Part shown: positions 58,328 to 64,000 of the stretch, piece by piece | How the letters are laid out: each line of letters begins with the position of its first letter | Position numbering within the stretch: position 1 is the first letter of the stretch | Assembly (NCBI GenBank): GCA_003213095.1 | Contig: QCNV01000004.1 | Coordinates: 4,949 to 68,948, forward strand | Source: SAR202 cluster bacterium AG-426-M11 | Lineage (GTDB): Bacteria; Chloroflexota; Dehalococcoidia; Lucifugimonadales; UBA826 | Length of the DNA stretch: 64,000 nucleotides | Direction: 5' to 3' | The notes under the pieces: generated by a model | The model's input: the letters and a program-made list of their open reading frames with translations, nothing else | The model's database searches: none | What the model was told of the DNA's origin: nothing | Made by a program: the position numbers and the translations under genes

Positions 58328-59572
58328 ATGGATTCTGGACATACAGCATGGATGTTAACAGCATCAGCACTAGTTTTTTTCATGACCCCTGGACTAGCGT
58401 TTTTTTACGGAGGATTAGTTAGAGCAAAAAGCTTAGTGAATACAATCATGTTGAGCTTTATGACAATTTGTGTAGTCACTATAGTATGGACTTTATGGGG
58501 ATATTCCTTAGCATACGGTCCAAATGTAGGTGGAGACCCAATCATTCAAGGTCTTATAGGCAATTTCAGTGCCTTAGGATTAGATGGAATCAGATGGGAT
58601 CCAATAGACTCGAGCGGTTCTTTCGGAGGTAGCGGAGTTGATGTTCTATTTCAAATGATGTTTGCAATTATCACTCCTGCATTAATAACCGGAGCATTTG
58701 TGGAGCGATTCAAATTCTCTACATATTTAATATTTACTATTATTTGGATCACAGTAGTATATGCCCCCGTTGCTCACTGGGTTTGGGGTGGAGGATGGAT
58801 TGGAGCTGACGGAGCAGGTGCTTTAGATTTTGCTGGAGGAATAGTGATACACATTACTGCAGGATCTGCTGCTGTAGCAGCAGCATTATTAGTTGGTAAA
58901 AGAGCAAACCCTGGCTTACAACCTAACAATGTTCCATATGTACTATTAGGAGCAGCTATTCTTTGGTTTGGATGGTTTGGTTTTAATGGGGGATCAGCTT
59001 TATTAGCTGATGGATATGCAGTTAATGCCATGCTAGTAACTCAGATTTCTGCCGCCACAGCAGCAACAACTTGGGGATTAATAGGACTATTTACAACAGG
59101 CAAAATTAGTGGAGTGGGTGTAGCCACAGGTGCTATTGCCGGATTAGCTGCTGTGACGCCAGCTGCTGGTTCAGTCAATCCATTAGGAGCTTTAGCCATA
59201 GGATTAGGTGCAGGGGTAATTTGTTATTATGCAGTTGAATTAATCCACAGAACTAATTTAGATGATGCTTTAGACGTTTTTGCAGTTCATGGAATTGGAG
59301 GGCTTTGGGGATGTATTGCAGCTGGAATTTTTGCAGTAGAAAGCATTGCAGGAGTCAAAGGTTTAATTGAAGGTAGCTTTGATCAAGTTTGGATTCAAGC
59401 TTATACATCCATAGCTGTATTAATTTATACATTTGTCATCTCCTATGTGATTCTATTCGTCCTAGATAAAATACCCGGTTTAGGATTACGAGTCTCTGAA
59501 ACTAATGAGAATCAAGGATTAGATCTCGCTGAACATGGAGAACAAGCAGAAGTTAACGATGGTGCAAATTAA
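58328..59572 (+). CDS. amtB: Ammonium transporter, second paralogue
   Basis: Same motifs as 56563-57783, twin His retained. Confidence 0.97.
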   Translation: MDSGHTAWMLTASALVFFMTPGLAFFYGGLVRAKSLVNTIMLSFMTICVVTIVWTLWGYSLAYGPNVGGDPIIQGLIGNFSALGLDGIRWDPIDSSGSFGGSGVDVLFQMMFAIITPALITGAFVERFKFSTYLIFTIIWITVVYAPVAHWVWGGGWIGADGAGALDFAGGIVIHITAGSAAVAAALLVGKRANPGLQPNNVPYVLLGAAILWFGWFGFNGGSALLADGYAVNAMLVTQISAATAATTWGLIGLFTTGKISGVGVATGAIAGLAAVTPAAGSVNPLGALAIGLGAGVICYYAVELIHRTNLDDALDVFAVHGIGGLWGCIAAGIFAVESIAGVKGLIEGSFDQVWIQAYTSIAVLIYTFVISYVILFVLDKIPGLGLRVSETNENQGLDLAEHGEQAEVNDGAN

Positions 59573-59588
59573 AAACCAGATATGATAT

Positions 59589-59625
59589 AAAAATAGGAAG
59601 TGCTGAGTCACTTCCTATTTTTTTT
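59589..59625 (+). terminator. Intrinsic terminator after amtB2
   Basis: ATAGGAAGTG-CTGAGT-CACTTCCTAT followed by a T run. Confidence 0.9.
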
Positions 59626-59658
59626 GAGTTAAGTAAAATATAGACGAGACTTAAATTC

Positions 59659-60663
59659 ATGCCTACTAACGTACCACCTCAATATAGAGACGCAGAACAA
59701 AGATTCAGAGATGCTGTAACTATTCAATCAAAAATTGCAGCTCTTCAAGAAATGCTACAAATCATGCCCAAGCATAAAGGGACAGATCACCTTAAAGCTC
59801 AACTTAGATCTAGATTATCTAAATTAATGACAGAACTTGATACTTCATCTAGTTCAGGAAAAGGGTCCAAAACTGAACCTTTTTCATTACCTAAAGAAGG
59901 TGCAGGCAGATGCACTCTAATTGGTCCTACTAATGTAGGAAAATCATTGCTTTTATCTTCTTCCACTGGCGCTAAAAGCAAAGTTGGAGCATATGCATTA
60001 AGTACACAAGAACCTATTCCTGGGATGTTTCCTTTTGAAGATATTTATATTCAGATGGTAGATACTCCTCCAATTACAAACAGATCAACTCAAAGTAGGT
60101 TATATGGTCTTCTAAGAACCACAGACATTTTTATATTTGTAGCTGATTTAACAAACCAAGCTGTAGAAAACACCAATGAATCATTCTCTGAATTAAAAGA
60201 GTGGGGATTCAAACTGATAGAAAAAAATGTTGATTTACAAGAACGTGATTTTTTTACTATGAAACCCACAATTATTGCTTGTAATAAAGCTGATATCCCT
60301 GGAGCTTTAGACAATTATGAAATGATGGAAAATGAATTTGGTGAACACTTTCCTTTAGTTCTTACAAGCGCCGAAGAAGAAGTTGGAATTGAAGAATTAG
60401 GAATTGAAATCTTCAACTCTCTAAAAATCATTCGTGTTTATACAAAATCTCCTAGAGAAAAGCTAGATACTTTTGAGAAAAAAAACCCAATAGTTTTACC
60501 CATAGGGAGTACAGTTGAAGAAGCAGCTCTTCAAGTTCATAAAGAGCTGAGTAAAAGTTTTAAATACGCCGTGCTATGGGGATCGTCTGGAAAATTTAGT
60601 GGTCAAAGGGTTGGCAGAAGTCATGAATTGTCAGACGGTGACATCATAGAAATTCATATATAA
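59659..60663 (+). CDS. DRG-like OBG-family GTPase with TGS domain
   Basis: N-terminal PKHKGTDHLKAQLR, GPTNVGKS, DTPP, NKAD, IRVYTK...FKYAVLWG...GQRVG...LSDGDIIEI. Confidence 0.85.
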   Translation: MPTNVPPQYRDAEQRFRDAVTIQSKIAALQEMLQIMPKHKGTDHLKAQLRSRLSKLMTELDTSSSSGKGSKTEPFSLPKEGAGRCTLIGPTNVGKSLLLSSSTGAKSKVGAYALSTQEPIPGMFPFEDIYIQMVDTPPITNRSTQSRLYGLLRTTDIFIFVADLTNQAVENTNESFSELKEWGFKLIEKNVDLQERDFFTMKPTIIACNKADIPGALDNYEMMENEFGEHFPLVLTSAEEEVGIEELGIEIFNSLKIIRVYTKSPREKLDTFEKKNPIVLPIGSTVEEAALQVHKELSKSFKYAVLWGSSGKFSGQRVGRSHELSDGDIIEIHI

Positions 60664-60665
60664 AA

Positions 60666-62984
60666 CTAAATTTCACCTAAAGCCTTGACAATTTTACCTG
60701 GTGACATTGGCAACTCATTCATTCTAATGCCAACAGCATCATTAATAGCGTTAGCTATAGCAGCCATTGGTGGAATCAAACAAGCCTCACCCACTCCTCT
60801 TACTCCAAATGGATGGCCTGGATTAGCTACTTCCACTAATACCGTATCTATCATTGGCAAATCCAAAGATATCGGCATTCTGTAATCTAAAAAGGAGGAA
60901 TTAAGCATATCTCCACTTTCATTAAAAAAATACTCTTCATTAAGTGCCCATCCTATTCCTTGGACTGCACCACCCTGTAATTGTCCCTCGACATAACTGG
61001 GATGAATTGCCTTACCTACATCTTGAATTGAAGTGTATCGTAAGATTTCCACCTTCCCAGTTTCTGAGTCAACTTCTACATCCACTATATGAATAGCAAA
61101 AGCATTGCCAACACCACTGGGGTTCACTGTAGCTCTACCTACTATTGGGCCACCAGTCCCATTAAGTTTTGCTGCAAGTTCTCTAAATTCAAATTTCAAT
61201 TCAGGGTCACTGACATGCTTAATCTTAGATTTATCATATTCAACATCATTTACGTCAACGTCCCAAATTTTTGCTGCCCTTTCTTGCATTTGAATTTTAA
61301 TATCTTCTGCAGCCTCAACCGAAGCAATTCCTGTTTTAAAAGTAACACTACTTCCTCCAGCTCCAGAGCTATACCCAATAGAATCTGTACTAGCTATAGA
61401 TGGTTGGACATCTTCAGATTTAAGACCCAATACATCCGCTACTTGCATCGCCATAGCTGCACGGCTTCCTCCTATATCAGGAGAGCCTTCAACTAAAGCA
61501 ACTGTACCGTCAGCATTAACGCTTACAATCGCAGTAGCTGGTCCAGTAAAATTAAACCATGCTCCTGCAGCAATTCCCCTTCCTTGTTTTTTATGATTTA
61601 AGGGTGCCGAATAATGAGGATGATTTTTTGCAGCATCCAAAGTCTCCATATATCCGATTTTTCTGTAAACTGGGCCATTTGCTGGTTGCCTAGTCCCTTC
61701 TTTAGCACCATTGATTCTACGAAATTCAATTGGATCAATATTTAATTGTTTAGCGATTTCATCAACTACAGTTTCCATTGCAAATGCAGCAGAAGGGGAA
61801 CCCGGTGCTCGATAAGCTGAAGATTTTTGTACGTTAGTAACTACATCCCAGCCTTCGACAACAGCATTAGGAATCACATATGGACCCAACATAGTTCTAC
61901 TACCTCCAGCAACTGGAGAGCCTGGAAAAGCTCCTGCATCAAACATTAATTTTGCTTTTACAGCTGTCAATTTACCATCTTTATTTGCAGATAATTTAAT
62001 ATCAATTTTGGTAGCAGCAGTTGGTCCAGTCCCTTTAAAAACTTCAGATCTTGTCATAGTAATTTTTACTGGATTACCAGATTTTTTAGATAGTACAGCA
62101 GCGACAGGTTCCAAATACACTCCACCCTGCCCTTTACCTCCAAAGCCACCACCAATCTCTAATGGGTTCACAGTAACGCTACCTACAGGGACATCTAAAA
62201 TAGCGGCAACATGATCCCTGAAAGCAAAAACTTGCTGCGTACTGCACCAAATATTAATCCGATCATTCTCATCCCAAAAAGCAGTTGTAGCTTGAGGTTC
62301 TATGTAACCTTGATGAACAGCTTTAGTACTAAAACTTCTCTCAATAACTACATCTGAGTCTTTGAACGCTTTTTCTACATCACCTTCAGTTGAAACAATT
62401 TTCATAGCCAAATTACTAGAAGGAATATTGGGCTCATCTCCCCACCCTCCAACACGAAATAAAACACTTGATTGGGTTAAAAGCCTATCGTGCAAAACAG
62501 GAGCACCATCTCGCATAGCTTCATCAATATTCAAAACTGGTTCTAAAACATCATATTTAACATCTATCAGTTCTAGAGCCTCTTCAGCATCATGTGCAGT
62601 AAGAGCTGCAATTGCTGCGACAGCATGCCCTTTATATAAAACTTTTTCACGGGCCATAACATTTCTACTGTAAAAACCATAATTAACTGCAGCTCCTTCT
62701 TCTAAATCAGCTATCTCAGCAGAGACATCAGGAAGATCAGCAGCTGTAACTACTGCCTTAACGCCAGGTAAAGCCAAAGCTTTTGAACAATCAATAGACA
62801 AAATACGAGCATGAGCATGAGGACTTCTTAATACTTTACCTATCAATAATCCATTAGGAAAAGAATCCGCACTATAACGAGCCCTGCCAGTTACTTTATC
62901 TACCCCGTCGTGCCTTACAGGTCTTGTACCAACCACATCATACTTCTCCCCAACTAGTACCATATTAGATTCATATGTAGCCAT
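60666..62984 (-). CDS. Xanthine dehydrogenase-family molybdopterin-binding subunit
   Basis: KVTGRARY, RSPHAHA, GGGFGGK, AYRAPG, EGQLQGG, GVGE. Confidence 0.93.
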   Translation of the reverse strand: MATYESNMVLVGEKYDVVGTRPVRHDGVDKVTGRARYSADSFPNGLLIGKVLRSPHAHARILSIDCSKALALPGVKAVVTAADLPDVSAEIADLEEGAAVNYGFYSRNVMAREKVLYKGHAVAAIAALTAHDAEEALELIDVKYDVLEPVLNIDEAMRDGAPVLHDRLLTQSSVLFRVGGWGDEPNIPSSNLAMKIVSTEGDVEKAFKDSDVVIERSFSTKAVHQGYIEPQATTAFWDENDRINIWCSTQQVFAFRDHVAAILDVPVGSVTVNPLEIGGGFGGKGQGGVYLEPVAAVLSKKSGNPVKITMTRSEVFKGTGPTAATKIDIKLSANKDGKLTAVKAKLMFDAGAFPGSPVAGGSRTMLGPYVIPNAVVEGWDVVTNVQKSSAYRAPGSPSAAFAMETVVDEIAKQLNIDPIEFRRINGAKEGTRQPANGPVYRKIGYMETLDAAKNHPHYSAPLNHKKQGRGIAAGAWFNFTGPATAIVSVNADGTVALVEGSPDIGGSRAAMAMQVADVLGLKSEDVQPSIASTDSIGYSSGAGGSSVTFKTGIASVEAAEDIKIQMQERAAKIWDVDVNDVEYDKSKIKHVSDPELKFEFRELAAKLNGTGGPIVGRATVNPSGVGNAFAIHIVDVEVDSETGKVEILRYTSIQDVGKAIHPSYVEGQLQGGAVQGIGWALNEEYFFNESGDMLNSSFLDYRMPISLDLPMIDTVLVEVANPGHPFGVRGVGEACLIPPMAAIANAINDAVGIRMNELPMSPGKIVKALGEI

Positions 62985-63216
62985 GAAGTCTCCTTACAAA
63001 TTTATCGTCTACGACAATCTAACATATTTTTTTTATGCAATAAACAAAGATATAAATCTCCAAAAAATTACATACAAGTGATTTCACTCTTTATTTCAAA
63101 TTATTACAAAAATAACATTAATAGATAGTAATATTTAAAATATGGATATAAAACATATTTCCAACCTGATAACGCTTTTAATATAATTTACATAACATTT
63201 AATTAAGGTATCTGAA

Positions 63217-64000
63217 ATGCTTGAAAACATTGGCAAGTATGAAATCAGAGAAAAAATTGGGGAAGGCGGGCAAGCTTCAGTATACATAGGACATGACACT
63301 GTTCTAAATAGTCGCGTTGCTATCAAAATTATCAACCCAAACTCGCAAAATAATGATCAAACCGTAAAAACGCAACAATACGAGAATTTAAAAACTCAAG
63401 TATTAGGTTTTACTCAATCTAGAAACAATGATCCTGACGAAGAATTAAAAAATGAAGCTAGTACAGCTAGAAATCTCACTCACCCCAATATCACGACAAT
63501 ATATGATTTTGTAATCCAAGATAATTATGCATGTATTGTTATGGAATATATTCCAAATAGCTTGGATAAAGAAATTTCTCAAACTACAAAATTAGATCCC
63601 ATAGTTTCTACAAAAATTATTATTCAAGTTTGCAAAGCCTTATTTCATGCTCATGAAAATGGGTTCATACACAAAGATATCAAACCTCAAAATATTCTAT
63701 TAACCGATGAAGGCATACCCAAAGTAACAGATTTCGGAATTTCTAATACTCAAGACACTGGAATTGGAACACCCTCATACATGTCTCCAGAACAAATCCA
63801 AGGAAATATACAACCAGATTCTAGAAGCGATATTTATGCACTAGGCATAACCCTTTATGAAATGCTAACAGGTGAAAAACCTTTCCTAGGAAATAAAGAT
63901 GAACTTTTTATTCAGCATATAGATAAAAACATTTCTGACGCTTCCAAATTTGCGGAAATTCCTGACAATCTTCAAAAAATAATCAAAAAATGTGTAGCAA
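63217..64000 (+). CDS. Hanks-type Ser/Thr kinase (3'-truncated by window end)
   Basis: MLENIGKY...GEGGQA...VAIK...HKDIKPQN...DFG...GTPSYMSPE. Frame is open to the end of the window. Not in the ORF track. Confidence 0.92.
   Translation, partial: MLENIGKYEIREKIGEGGQASVYIGHDTVLNSRVAIKIINPNSQNNDQTVKTQQYENLKTQVLGFTQSRNNDPDEELKNEASTARNLTHPNITTIYDFVIQDNYACIVMEYIPNSLDKEISQTTKLDPIVSTKIIIQVCKALFHAHENGFIHKDIKPQNILLTDEGIPKVTDFGISNTQDTGIGTPSYMSPEQIQGNIQPDSRSDIYALGITLYEMLTGEKPFLGNKDELFIQHIDKNISDASKFAEIPDNLQKIIKKCVA

Noticed and set aside
60666-62984. Aerobic CO dehydrogenase CoxL
   Set aside because: It lacks the AYxCSFR (form I) and AYRGAGR (form II) loops, and no coxM/coxS genes are adjacent.
190-63335. 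Numerous 60-135 aa ORFs antisense to or nested in long genes
   Set aside because: They are shadow ORFs of well-supported genes and have no motifs.
1-64000. Window is archaeal DNA
   Set aside because: FabI, LepB, bacterial-type RibD/RibBA/RibE, NarL regulators and a SECIS inside the coding region immediately 3' of UGA all point to a bacterium.

Overview
An AT-rich bacterial chromosomal window (carB, mutL, rib operon, fabI, ychF, three CCA-encoding tRNAs). Gene content suggests a marine Chloroflexota/Dehalococcoidia (SAR202-like) genome, but this is an inference. The main feature is a complete archaeal-type flagellum (archaellum) operon on the minus strand (arlB-arlCDE-like-arlG-arlF-arlH-arlI-arlJ, 40788-47509) embedded among bacterial genes, with an A24 prepilin peptidase nearby. 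No che genes are present in the window. The operon runs directly into a NarL-type response regulator and a cNMP-sensing histidine kinase. It also borders a PP2C phosphatase, a second response regulator, a 1815-aa Ser/Thr kinase with an Ig-repeat ectodomain and an FHA-adenylate cyclase, which together form a candidate pThr/cAMP/two-component motility-control circuit. Features the ORF track misses or splits: an OsmC-family selenoprotein (in-frame TGA plus SECIS-like hairpin), a plcP-agt-ugd phospholipid-replacement cassette whose agt lacks a canonical start codon, a 49-aa four-Cys microprotein, conserved GlnR-like boxes before two amtB paralogues, and a 3'-truncated Ser/Thr kinase. No CRISPR array, integrase or transposase was seen.
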